Shown: positions 52,651-64,000 of the stretch, piece after piece
How positions within the stretch are numbered: the first letter of the stretch is position 1
How the letters are laid out: each line of letters begins with the position of its first letter
NCBI GenBank assembly: GCA_964658305.1
Contig: OZ210885.1
Coordinates: 20,770,001-20,834,000, forward strand
DNA length: 64,000 nt
Direction: 5' to 3'
DNA from: Leptogorgia sarmentosa
Lineage: Eukaryota
Position numbers and translations under genes: made by a program
The notes under the pieces: model-generated
The model's database searches: none
What the model was told of the DNA's origin: nothing
The model's input: only the letters and a program-made list of their open reading frames with translations

Positions 52651-53254
52651 TATATGTTTGTGAATATATGTGTTTGTGATTATGTAAACTTTGAGTGGAT
52701 ATTTCTCCCAATTGTGCACCTGTTTCGTTTGGGGAGCAACAGATTCTGATAAAGTAAGTTTTTATCTATTCATTCATGTGAAAATTATGTAGTTCTACGG
52801 GGGTGCAACGGAATTGCATCTTTTCGATGCTCATCCTACGGCCTAGCATATTTAGAGCTGTTTCCCCTGCTAATTTTATTCAATTATTTCCATTTACAGT
52901 CTATCCGCTAATTGTTGTTTAGCTTGCTTATTTCAGCTTTGCATATCATTATAAGTGCTACTAGGCTAAGATTGGGAACAGTTACCACTACGATTTTTGT
53001 GATTTAAGTGTAGTTCATCTCACAATCTATTGTGCATGTGGTACTGGTATTATTTGACAAGTTAGACTTGTTAGTGTGCTTCTTCCATGCTACGAAATGT
53101 TGATGCAATATATAGAAAAATAATCATGATATATTTAAATTTACTTGTAATGATGAACGTAAACATGCCTGATAAAGTGCATGATAAAATTTAAATAGCA
53201 TTAGTTTTACTTCTGTGCATTTGTCTACTGCTTAACAGTTTTGGTACAACAATG

Positions 53255-54808
53255 TTACACTCTTTTTGACTTGTTGTATCGCAGCATGACAGAAGCTTCC
53301 AGGTAATCATGGAGAGCGGAGTCTTGCTGTGACGTGAATGCATTCAAAAGGAGACTGAAAATCCTTTCAGCCACAGCAGAACTTGGTTGAATCAGCAGTA
53401 GCTTCTTGACAAGTACACACCAGTGTGGGAGGGTAACTCTGTGAGCAGCCCAGCAAGTGACTTTGTTCTCCTCGCATGTGAAGTTGACCCCATCAGCTGC
53501 AGCCATATTATCAAATATTTCCATAAGATGCCGACGATTTGCTGGACAAATTTCCTCGTTCTCACAAAGGAAAGGTTCGACATCCCCAAACAATTCCAAC
53601 ACTTTCTTGAGCGCATCCCATTTGCTGCACCACCATGTGTCACTATAGGTACGAATTGACTGCCCAGTTTTTTCTCACCCAACCTGGCAGTCCCATCAAA
53701 GATGACAGAAGCCTCCATTGCAACCTTTAGCTCTTCTTACAGAGTCTGCTTTTCTTTCTCTAGTACAGCAGGTATATGCTCACCAAGGTGGGAACTACTG
53801 GTTAGCCTGTGATAATATTTCTCAAGAAAGGGATGCATAGCATCTAATTTTGACAGAGAGACTCCTCCCAATAGAGCAGACTCAACAAGCTCATAACGAT
53901 ACAGTTGTATATCTGGAGGCAACGTTGATCCACTTGCATTTTCCCGCTTAGCCCTTTTCTGCAAGCATTCTTTGATAGAGTGCTGTTCTGATTTATTTCT
54001 TTCAATATCAGTGACGCCCTTCTTATGTTTGTTCGATTTCGTGTGTCTTTCAATAGAACTTTTTTTTATCAGCAAGAATTTCACTGCAAGCATTGCATCT
54101 AAGCTTCCCATTTACCACAGCAAGGTGTTGGGTTCGGGTAGTCTTTAAGACGATCCCATGCACTCACATTGGTGGTTTTGGCATTTCCTTGTTGCTTGTT
54201 ATTCCCTTTGTTCATTGGAATGTTTCGTTTTCGTGATATTAAAGCACTTCGTGGACTATTTAGGGTAGCTCCAGCATTTACAGCTATTGTAATCGAATCA
54301 ATCACTTCTTCGTCTTCATTGTCCGACTCCAAGTCCGACTGATCTAATGCTTCCATTTCAGTGTTCAAAAATAACCCAAAACACTTCTGGCAGAAACATT
54401 TTGGCAAAAAAATTCTGCATTTTTAAAAATATGCTCCGCGTATTTTCCATATATGGAGTTGTTTACGGAAAAAAGAGAACGCGAAAAGGTCAGTGTTCTA
54501 ATTTTTCAAGCACATATTTAGTGTCTTACCTAAATTCTCGAATACCCATAATTTTCTAAACCCATCGCCAAATTATATGTTGTTCACTCTTAACCGAGGT
54601 GAGAATCGAATTTTATAACTGCTGACTTTTTATTGCTTGGAATTCGCTCGTAATGTGAATTATTGCTCAAATGTTGCCCAAAGTCCAGAAAAGTGCTCAA
54701 GGTTGCCCAACAGGCAAAATAGTGCTCTGAACTAAAACAAGTGCTCAAATAGTGCTCTGAACTAAAAAAAGTGCTCAAAAAGCGCTCAGCGCAATCGGGA
54801 AAGGCCTA
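53255..54808 (-). mobile_element. hAT remnant with 5' terminus and GTGCTC subterminal repeats
   Basis: VIFDGTARLGE and LLIQPSSAVAERIFSLL. Terminus TAGGCCTTTCCCGATT on minus strand; repeated GTGCTC at ~54665-54790. Confidence 0.82.
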
Positions 54809-54829
54809 AGTACTATGAATAGTATTCTA

Positions 54830-56210
54830 TTTCATAGCAGTTACTTCTTGCTCAGCTGAAATAAGGAATGGGAGTAAAATCTTGGTCAGCCCCTTTTGCT
54901 GCTTACTTTACAACCCTCTCACCAAAAATCCCCATAGCTCTATACTTAGACTCCCATACCTCCATACCCACACCTCTCATCCAAAACGGGAGTGTTACAT
55001 GCAAAATACCCTGCAGCTAATTTGTATCTAACCGAAGACGCTTATGACTAGAGGAAGAAGATGGTAATGGAAAAGCACACACAAATTGTTGCAATTCATT
55101 AATGTTGGTGAAACCCCGGACTGGATCAACGAACACTAATTTTGCGGTGGCACCAGCGGGATTGAGCACTCTAGCAAATTGCATATAATACAACGCAGTA
55201 TGGCGTCATGACCAACCAATGTGATCCATAATTTCGGAAAGGTCAGCGCCAGAAAGGGCCAAGGTAATAGCACAACCGGAACAAAACCATGGAGTTTCTC
55301 CGTCATCTGCTTTCATCACCCGCCAATAAAATTTTAAACATGCTTCAGCCGTTGACGAGGCGAATCTTGAAAACCGCCATGAGAGGTTGTTGGTCGAAAT
55401 AAATACCCCATAGACAGGTCAATACCAAGTTGACGTGCAGTATCGATATACAATTCAATACTTCTAATAGGGCAGATACTATGAGGATTGCGTCGAATAC
55501 CAAAAAAATTGGTGTCACCATCTCGTAAAGTTTTCCACCATACGTGACTCAACAAAAAACCGTCGGTGGAAACATTGGCGGATCCTTTCTTGGCCAAGAG
55601 AAGTGCTTGAGTGGAAGAGCACTGCAGCAATGGCCACCAGTAATGGCGAGGGTATTGTTCACGAACGACGAAGGTACAAGACTGATGATTGGATGCAAGA
55701 AACTTAAGAAGGGGGCCAACCAAAATAACAGGAGGAAAAACATAAGGTCAAGCCGTAAATGGTCCCATAGGACAAAAGACCCTGGATCCCAGTGATGGAA
55801 TGATGCTGAAATGTGGAAGTGATAGTCAAGACGGGTCAGTCACAGTATTCGAATCTGGGGCCTCCAAATTCCAGATGGTATGGCTAAGCCGAAAATCAGA
55901 AAAAGACACACAATGTGTTGGGTGTCTGCTGGATTATCGTGAGAGGGAACGTAGAACAAATGCAGAAACACATTAAGTCGAATAGTAGTGTGGAAAAGGA
56001 ACTTCAAAATGCGATTCAAAGCCAGACTGCGACCACCTTGATTCTGCCACCTATAAATAACAGTCTGGTTGTCTACGAAAACGTCAACATGTGTGTTTTG
56101 TACCTGTGGTGCAAAACAGACATTCCAACCTCAACAGAATAGAATTAGGGAGACTATTGGCGGCCCATTGCCCAAATAGGGGGGTACTCCGCAGAAATGA
56201 TTTCCAAACA
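54830..56210 (-). mobile_element. DIRS-type element 3' half (RNase H, methyltransferase-like, tyrosine recombinase), deleted
   Basis: VDVFVDNQTV..QGGRS..YVPSHDNPAD; YVFPP..RHYWWPLL; KTLRDG..ICPI..GYLFRP; LHGFCSGCAITLALSG..IMDHIGW..LY. Confidence 0.85.
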
Positions 56211-56397
56211 AGGACATTAGTGGTCTGGATTTATTTGAGATTGAAGGTCAAATTATTCAATTCAATAATGAATTGTAATACAATCAAACTTCAAAAATAG
56301 GAACATTTAATAAAAATCCATACAAGTTCGAACTCTTAGGAATTATCAGCATTGCCCTGGGCTGTATGTGCCCTGTTATATTCTCGACATGCTGCTT

Positions 56398-57243
56398 TAC
56401 ACCATTTGCCCTTCATTAATCGACAAGAGAATCTCATTAAGATAATCTTGCACCTTCAACAATACAAGTGCGAATATCAATAACACATTATGTGAAAGTC
56501 ACTAAGCATGGAAAGAAATTCAATAGCAACAATTTTCGTGGTTATGCGTAAAAGTTGAAAAACACAAATCAAAGATGGAAATTCAATAAGAATACAAGGG
56601 ATATTCAAAAAAACAAATGACGTTTTCACGTGAATACAAGGAATGTTCAATAACATAAAAATGTAAGTTCAAAAAAGCGGCAGATAATATGCAATGTGGT
56701 TTGAGTCTAAATTTACTCAATACTCGCTCTCTACACCTTACACATACACACAATTTATTACACGTAGCAGTATATGTACACCCGCTTAACCATTAATGTT
56801 TTCCCTTGCAAGGCATCGTGGAATGCAACGCACAACAAACTCACAAAAATGTCTAAAGCTGATTTCACAAGCGACGATTTTAAACCAACGTTCCCAATGC
56901 AAATGAAGTAACCCAGCAGCAAAATTCATTTACGCGTCCCCTGTTACACACTACTTTCCCTTGAGTATATTATATTTGCATTCAACCTTATTGAACTTCA
57001 CTTGTATTCAAACGAAAGAGCCTTTTGTTTTTTTGAATATCCTTTGTATTCTTATTGAATTTCCATCTTTGATTTGTGTATTTCAACTTTTACGCATGAA
57101 CACGAAAATTGTTGCTATTGAATTTCTTTCCATGCTTAGTGACTTTCACATAATGTGTTATTGATATTCGGACTTGAATTGCTGAAGGTGCAAGATTATC
57201 TCAATGAGATTCTCTTTTCGCTTAAGGAAGGGCAAATGGTGTA
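56398..57243. mobile_element. foldback element with ~270-bp TIRs
   Basis: TACACCATTTGCCCTT..AAGGGCAAATGGTGTA ends; arms ~56398-56665 and ~56980-57243. Confidence 0.9.
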
Positions 57244-58361
57244 CTGGGTTTGAATTGATGACAAGGTAGCAGGCTTGCAGGTTTGTTCATTTTGATAGTC
57301 ATAATAGAACTCAAAGAGGTCTCCAAATCTAGGTTAGATCTAAAATCTGTTTTGTTTTTTCTAATTAAAGAAAAAACACGCTCCTCTGCTGCATTGCTAT
57401 GTGGAACAGTTAGAATAGACAATGCAACTTTGCTAAGATTTGGTAGTTTGTCTCTCAAATATCCCCATATCATATCCATTCGGTGATATGTCAGCACTTC
57501 ATCACTGTCAAGATCTTGTTTCTCTGTAACTGCTGATTCCTCCCAAATATGGGTTGGAATATCAGTCTCAGACATGGTTTGATAGACAAGAAACTCCTCT
57601 TCCAAAATATCCATAGCATGAGGATCATTGACCATGTCCTTATGAATATGTTTGAGAGCAGAAAGTACTTGTTCAACATTGTCCATGCTGCAAGCATTTA
57701 TTTGCATGAAGTCAACAAAGACACAGTGTTTCAGTAAGGTGTTATTCAGTGGCAGCCATTTGGTACAGTATGCAAAAGCTGTGCTGTAAAATGCTCTGAC
57801 ACCATCATAAAATTTGTCTACACTCTGAATATCAATGTCTCCCTCCTCCAGAAGCTTTCTGAGTGTTGCCTTTGTTACCATGCCAACAGACAGACTTTCA
57901 CCTGGTTTCTGATTTTCAAGAGAAATATCTAGTGATTTCAATGATCCATGTACTTGTTTATGCTCCATTATGGTCTCAGGTTTGACAATCTTTGCAGCAA
58001 GCTTTTGCATGAATGTCTCCATTTGTGCTTTCATCAAGTAAAGAAGGGGATCTTCTCTTTGTAGGAATCTGTTAAATTTGGTAAACATTGCAATTGCTGA
58101 TTGAAAAAATAGGAGGTAAATTTCAGTCATGAGGTTGTCAAATGCAACATAGAGGCGCTGAAATCGGTTATTTTGTTCTCCTTCAGAACAAAAATAAGAT
58201 TTCAGAGCAACATATTTCTTTAACTCTTGTTCAATGCAACGCTCCAAACACAGCCACCTAACTGATACATACTTTATCACTGCCTCATAGTTTGTATCAC
58301 AAAATTCAAAATACTCCTTTAATGCTCCCTTCCTCTAAGTAGACTTATCGAACCAATAGTA

Positions 58362-58946
58362 CAGGGTGTCTCAAAAAAAAGGTAATCCAACTTTGGCATG
58401 CCATTGTGCGTTAATTACTGGGTGTATGAACGTGATTTTTGCATGGTCATAAAGATCAAGGTCTTAGCAGTTGAATGACGTATTTGTTGTACGACATGGG
58501 AGAAAATCAGGCAAATGCGAGCGTGTTGAAAAATCTCGGTGAAAAATGCATTCTTTCACCTCTGAGAATTGCAGCTGAACTTATTCAAAATTAACTCCCT
58601 CTGGGACTCGAAGATGACGACCTTCCCTTCAACAATCGACCTGATTATGCATAATTATTAATAATCCTGATAAAATCTTTGTTACCATGACCCATTCGTG
58701 ATGAATTGCATTTTTCTTTTGTTATGCACTGCTTTAATTAGGCACAGAGGTGAAAGAATGCGTTTTTCACTGAGATTTTTCAACACGCTCGCATTTGCCT
58801 GATTTTCTTCCATCTCGTACAAGAAATATGTCATTCAACTGCTAAGACCTTGATCTTTATGACCATGCAAAAATCACGTTCGTACACCCAGTAATTAACG
58901 CACAATGGCATGCCAAAGTTCAATTACTTTTTTTTGAGACACCCTG
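58362..58946. mobile_element. foldback MITE, Tc1/mariner-like, 585 bp
   Basis: TA|CAGGGTGTCTCAAAAAAAA..TTTTTTTTGAGACACCCTG|TA. Excision restores the hAT frame VDLYYWFDKS. Confidence 0.96.
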
Positions 58947-60104
58947 TACAAGTCCACACAGTGATCTTCTATTTCAAAATTAGTGATATTTCCAAAGGCA
59001 GTCGCACCCTTACCTGCTGCATTGTGCAGCATATGGCAGGGGCAACCTACAACAACAATCTTTGGCTCTTTTTCCAAAGCTCGACTTTTAATGGAATCAT
59101 GCTCTCCAATGTTAACATTAGTGTTATCTACTCCACGTCCTGTCACAGAAGTCCATTCAATTTCATGTTTATCGAAAACTGCATCCACATGTTCAAAAAT
59201 AGTTGCAGCTGTTCCACTAGTTCGTCCTTCTATGAGATTCATGTCGAAAAACTTGGTCATAATTCTGCTAAACTCAACATCATATATACGCACTGTGATT
59301 GGGCACATTTTAGCAATCCCCGTGTCATTGCTACCATCAATCATAATGCTGAATGGAAAATTCTGCATATCATTTACCAATTGGGCTTTGAACTCAGCTC
59401 CAATACAATTAACAATTGCAGATGTTTTTGATTGCAGAAATAATTGTTGATATACACATTGACATCTTTAGAATTTTAAAAAATAGTGTTCACATTACAA
59501 CCAAATCATGGTTGTGACAGTGTGACCATCCAAATGTGGAAGGAAGGAATCCATACACCCCCCTTTAGAAATCCTTCATTTACCCTGACAACATGCATAG
59601 TTGAGAAGGCCTCTTCACATGGGTCATTTCACTATGATTTCTAGTGCAATTTTCTCCTTTAAATGGATTTGAATGAATAAACAGTCACAAATGTTCAGGC
59701 AAGGAAGCATGCACATCAGATGAAGCTAAAGGAATTGTATAAACACATAAAAATTCATACCATAATGAATTACGTGTTCAAACAGTGTATATTCTCCTAT
59801 GGATGACAGTTCTTCAATGTAATTTCCTGCTTATAGGATCTATTCTTCCAATAGATTGTTGAACTCTCTGTCTTTGTACTTTGGTAGAGCAAGGATAAAC
59901 CGCAAACAAATTCCTCACATCTAATTATTACTAACTCAGCAACATTGTCAGTAAATGAATTACACACCAGTTCCTCAAAGATTAAAACCCTGTCCCAAAT
60001 AATCGATGACTTCTCTTGCAACTAAAAGTGGTCTTTCTCTCTCACTAAAAATATCGTTCGGCGCGACATTTACTTCGATTGTGTCGCTCTTTCTCCACCA
60101 AAAA

Positions 60105-60215
60105 TGTTGTTTTATATATTTGGCGAATTTCGTTTTATATAATTTTAGTCAAATGTCGTTTTATATATTTGACAAAATTCGTTTGATATATTTGGGAATT
60201 ATGTTTCGTTTTGAG
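60105..60215 (+). repeat. degenerate ~23-bp AT-rich tandem repeat
   Basis: Repeated (tc)gttttatatattt(g) units. Confidence 0.55.
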
Positions 60216-60491
60216 TATATCATGTATAAATGTCAGTTTATATAGGATTGTTTCATTTCATATATTTCTGCTTCGTACGTATATCTGTTATGTTTTATGT
60301 ATGGTAATTTCGGTTTATAAAAATTCAGATAACTGAGATTATTATACATTTAAAATTTATTCTCGTTCCTGATTGGTCAGAAAGCACCGGCTAATTCTCA
60401 GTATTCAGTATTTATTACGTATTTTCCGCCGATGACGTCATCAGCGTCCAATAATTATTTTTTTGGATCGAACATGCATCCAAAAAAATTA

Positions 60492-62179
60492 TTATTGGAC
60501 AATGTCAATCAAGGTAAAACAATATTTAGCATCACACGTCACCAATAGTACAATAGTATGGAAGTTTTTGTAGTTTAAGAACGCTGACCCTGCATTACGA
60601 GGGCATTCCATTGCGATATGCTTCTCATCTGATGCACCAATATAATGCAGAAAGTTCCATTCTCTTTCAGATTCATCAGCAATATTAGTACATTCAGTGC
60701 TTGATGATTTGAGGTAATCCTGATTTAGTGCGGTCCACAAAGCGTTGCAAGTTTCTTTCACAGTAGAACACCCAATTCTGAAATGAAATGTGCGACTTTG
60801 TTGGGAGTCACCCGTGGCGAGATAGCGTAAGGTAACTGCAAGACGCTCGGAAGGTGATATTGGTTTATGTGATTTGCAGTCCTTTTTCGCAATGAGTGGT
60901 CCAACAAGTGATAACAGATGGTCAAAATGGTCCGGTGACATATGTAAGAATCTGAAATTTACACCAAATAAGTATGGAATTTTTTAACTACGTAAACAAT
61001 ACCTTAGAAAATCGAAAATTATTGTAAAAGATAAAAGTATGAACCTGAAGAAGTATTCTCTGTTGTGCAGACAAAGTTCGAGGACTAATTTCTCTGACCC
61101 AGAAGCGTGTTTTTCCTTTTTTCTTTGTTGTCACCTTATCGCAAGGAGTATAAACAAATTTAATGGGTATGTTGACATTTCAAGTTTTCACACAATCTTG
61201 CAATGCATTGTGGGATAGCCAGGGGGCAAACAAACATTGTTGTATACTGCGAAATATATGAATATTCATATACTCAACGTTTTGGAGCGAAATTTTCTTT
61301 AAAATCTTTAAATCTTTAAAATTTCATTAACATTTAAAATATGTCTTGTGTTCTGACTGGCAGATGTGAAGGAAATGTCCGTGGGGACGGAAATTGTTTT
61401 TATCGAGCTATGGCACTCGCTGTTGATGGCAAAACCGACGAAGCTTACCCAGTGTTTAGAGCTGTGTGTAATGAAATGATAGCAGAGTACCCAGAAGTTT
61501 TTGAGGCTTATTTGTTCAGCACTAAATCGCTAAAAGAGCATTTAACCAAGAGTTCCCAGGGGCAGAAAAATCGATGTTTTTAAAAGGGACAAGCACAAGA
61601 CCGATTGCAAACAATAGTAGGTTGAGGTCCTACACGAGGTTCGAATTTCATCCACATCGAGCTCGTGATCAAGTAGGTGACTATAGCGTGCTGAAGTACA
61701 GTTGCTGAGTTGCACAACTAAAAATATCGATTGTTTCTGCCCAGGTACCGTCCTAAGAACTCTTGGTTAGATGCTCTTTTAGCGATTTTGTGCTGAACAA
61801 ATAAGCCTCAAAAAGTTCTGGGTACTCTGCTATCATTTCATTACACACGGTTCTAAACACTGGGTAAGCTTCATCGGTTTTGCCATCAACAGCGAGTGCC
61901 ATAGCTCGATAAAAACAATTTCCGTCCCCACGGACATTTTCTTCAGGTCTGCCAGTCGGAACAAAAGACATATTTTAAATATTAATGAGATTTTAAAGAA
62001 AATTTCGCTCCAAAACGTTGAGTATATGAATATTCATATATTTCGCAGTACACAACAATGTTTGTTTGCCCCCTGGCGATCCCACAATGCATTGCGAGAT
62101 AGCACGAAAACTTGAAATGTCAACATACCCATTGAAGAAGAAACTCCCTGTTAAGCGCTGCCATTTTGTTTTTTGCCAT
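60492..62179 (-). pseudogene. PIF/Harbinger (HARBI1-like) transposase remnant split by the 61165-62130 element
   Basis: MAKNKMAALNREFLLQ|LNLFILL..RFWVR, intron ~60954-61044, MSPDHFDHLL..ERLAVTLRYLATGDS..IGASDEKHI..YKNFHTIVL. Confidence 0.88.
61165..62130. mobile_element. ISL2EU-like element, 966 bp, ~390-bp TIRs each carrying an OTU-like ORF start
   Basis: AT|GGGTATGTTGACATTTC..GAAATGTCAACATACCC|AT. ORFs 61341-61583(+) and 61753-61971(-) both read NVRGDGNCFYRAMA. Confidence 0.85.
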
Positions 62180-62346
62180 GTTGCATCTGACATCTTCATT
62201 ATGTAAAACACAGAAAACGGAGCTCATCATCACAAAAATCTGCCAGATGAGGTGTTAATTAAAGGAAGCGATAAATCGTATGTTATTATACTATTAGCAT
62301 GTTTGTAATGATGTTTGAAGGATCATAAGTATTTTTATGTCTTGTG

Positions 62347-62760
62347 CTAGTCAGCAAGTTGATCCTCCTGCAAATTTGCTGCATTACTGATAAATTGCAA
62401 CAGAACATTCTGAAATACAGTTAATTCGATGAAACCCCCTCTGTCTGACAGCTTTACATTGATATGAACCGACAACTGCTTCTTACAGCATCCTATACGC
62501 ATTCCAGAGACACTAGCTGAAGCTTGCAAGATTCGTTTTGAGCAATTAGAACATAATGATACATCAACAGATCTGATGATATCAATGGTTTCGACATTGA
62601 TTTCTTCGGAAAAAGAAATATTTACAAAGTATGTCAAGGTTAGGGACATGGGCAGATCATATAATCATACAGGCAGTTGCAAATGCAAATAATTTGAGAA
62701 TTCACATCATAGAAAGTGCAGGAAATTTTGTGAAACTACAGTTGTACCCTCTATCTATGT
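62347..62760 (-). pseudogene. RPA1-like OB-fold/zinc-ribbon fragment
   Basis: CSNCSKRI..KQLSVHINVKL..IELTVFQNVL resembles an RPA C-terminal OB fold. Weak. Confidence 0.4.
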
Positions 62761-62788
62761 TGAGTCATGGAAATATAAGATATTTATA

Positions 62789-63377
62789 AAGGGTGTATAA
62801 AAAAAATGGTAACACAAATGTGGCGCGCCATATTTCACCAAATCGTTGATGGATTTCATTGAGTTTGATATCATTTGAAAGTTCAGTTCATTACCTTTAA
62901 GATGACACATTTTATGTGGTATTTAGTTAAGAAACCAGCGAGCAGTGCTTCGGTGAACGTTTCAAGTGAATATCGCATATTTCCACCGATGGGAATTGCA
63001 CGCGTTTCTTTTGAACTTTAGTCCCAAGAGGTTTAAACATCTTAATCACCCTGCAATTATAATTGCAATTCAAATTAGTGCGAGTTTTCATATTCAGCAA
63101 GCGACAAAAGTGAAAAAGATGGGTCAATTGACAATTGTTGATTAAAAATGCATATCCATTGTCTTGTTTATTCCCATCGGTGGAAATATGCAATTTTCAC
63201 TTAAAACGTTTACCGATGCACTGCTCGCTGGTTTCTTGACTAAATGCCACAAAAAAGATGTCATGTAAAAGAGGAACAATTGAACTTTTGAATGGTGTCA
63301 AACTCGATAAAATCCATTAATGATTTGTTGAGATATGGCGCGCCACATTTGTGTTACCATTTTTTTTATACAGCCTG
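62789..63377. mobile_element. foldback MITE, Tc1/mariner-like, 589 bp
   Basis: TA|AAGGGTGTATAAAAAAAATGGTAACACAAATGTGGCGCGCC..GGCGCGCCACATTTGTGTTACCATTTTTTTTATACAGCCTG|TA. Confidence 0.92.
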
Positions 63378-63804
63378 TATAGGCCATCTAGACAAAGTGC
63401 ATTGTCTCTACTTTGCCAATTGTACAATTTGCTTGCGACCAAATAGGAAACCAGACTGCAACTGCCAAACTAAAACAAAACTCACAAAAGGCAAAATATA
63501 ATAAAAAATCCTCTCTCTGAGAACTCTGTTTCAATGCAAAATTTACACAGAAGAAAATATATGAAAACATGAAAAAAGGTCTAATAATGAATTTAAAATG
63601 AAAGAGACCAAAAGAGAGAAAAATTCATATTATAAAAAATACAAAAACTCGAAGCCTCAGAAAATAAAGGGCTCCTTGGCGAAAAGCCTCCGCAACCTAC
63701 AGACAATTGAATCCTAAGAAGGTAAAGGAGAATTTTAGGCTGTAAATTCGTCTTCATTCGTATCTTTGTCTTTTCCTGATTTTCTAACTCTTTAATACTG
63801 GTAG

Positions 63805-64000
63805 ACATGTTGCAGTGGAGTAAAAAATGTTGCTTTCTCTTGCATCCCTCTTTTGGGCATCCATGATATCTGCAAACAATGCTATAAGGACTTCGGGACA
63901 TGGGCTCAAGGCAGTTGAAACAAAGTCCTTTCTCTTTGGCCAGTTGTAGTCTATCGTTGAGCGACTTTCAAATAGGATGCAATTTGATAAGTGATGTCTT
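63805..64000 (-). mobile_element. BEL/Pao gag zinc-knuckle fragment
   Basis: HHLSNC..RLQLAKEKGLCFNCL..CPKEGCKRKQHFLLH. Confidence 0.7.

Larger units (their letters stand above)
56335..59450 (-). pseudogene. hAT transposase of the same lineage as 11353-12780, interrupted by two MITEs
   Basis: IMIDGSND, GVDNTNVN, GCPCHMLHN, DLY|YWFDKS, SVRWL, VPHSNAAEERVFS; C-terminal KAACREYN lies beyond the 56398-57243 insertion. Confidence 0.92.

Noticed and set aside
5468..56210. DIRS halves at 5468-7640 and 54830-56210 as one split element
   Set aside because: On the minus strand the RNase H/recombinase half lies upstream of gag-RT, the wrong order, and no shared repeats were seen.

Overview
AT-rich animal genomic DNA (repeat repertoire suggests a cnidarian or other marine invertebrate; inference) made almost entirely of nested, mostly decayed transposable elements. 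No ordinary host gene is evident. Retroelements: several BEL/Pao pieces (one two-LTR copy nested in another), three DIRS/Ngaro-type fragments, CR1/L2, CRE, RTE and Penelope fragments (the last with a minimal hammerhead core). DNA elements: four hAT remnants, Tc1, Harbinger, a Kolobok derivative, IS3EU-like integrases, many foldback MITEs and an end-to-end AcademH element (transposase plus RecQ helicase, 73-bp TIRs, 9-bp TSD). Least explained: (i) a spliced gene on the minus strand (10147 to ~7640), open across four exons, encoding a Walker A/B ATPase resembling DUF927/Cch-type mobile-element helicases, lying just downstream of a 10-bp tandem array with higher-order structure; (ii) a GGG..CCC element with an AT target duplication whose ~390-bp TIRs each carry an OTU-like ORF start. 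All family assignments come from motif recognition by eye, not from searches.
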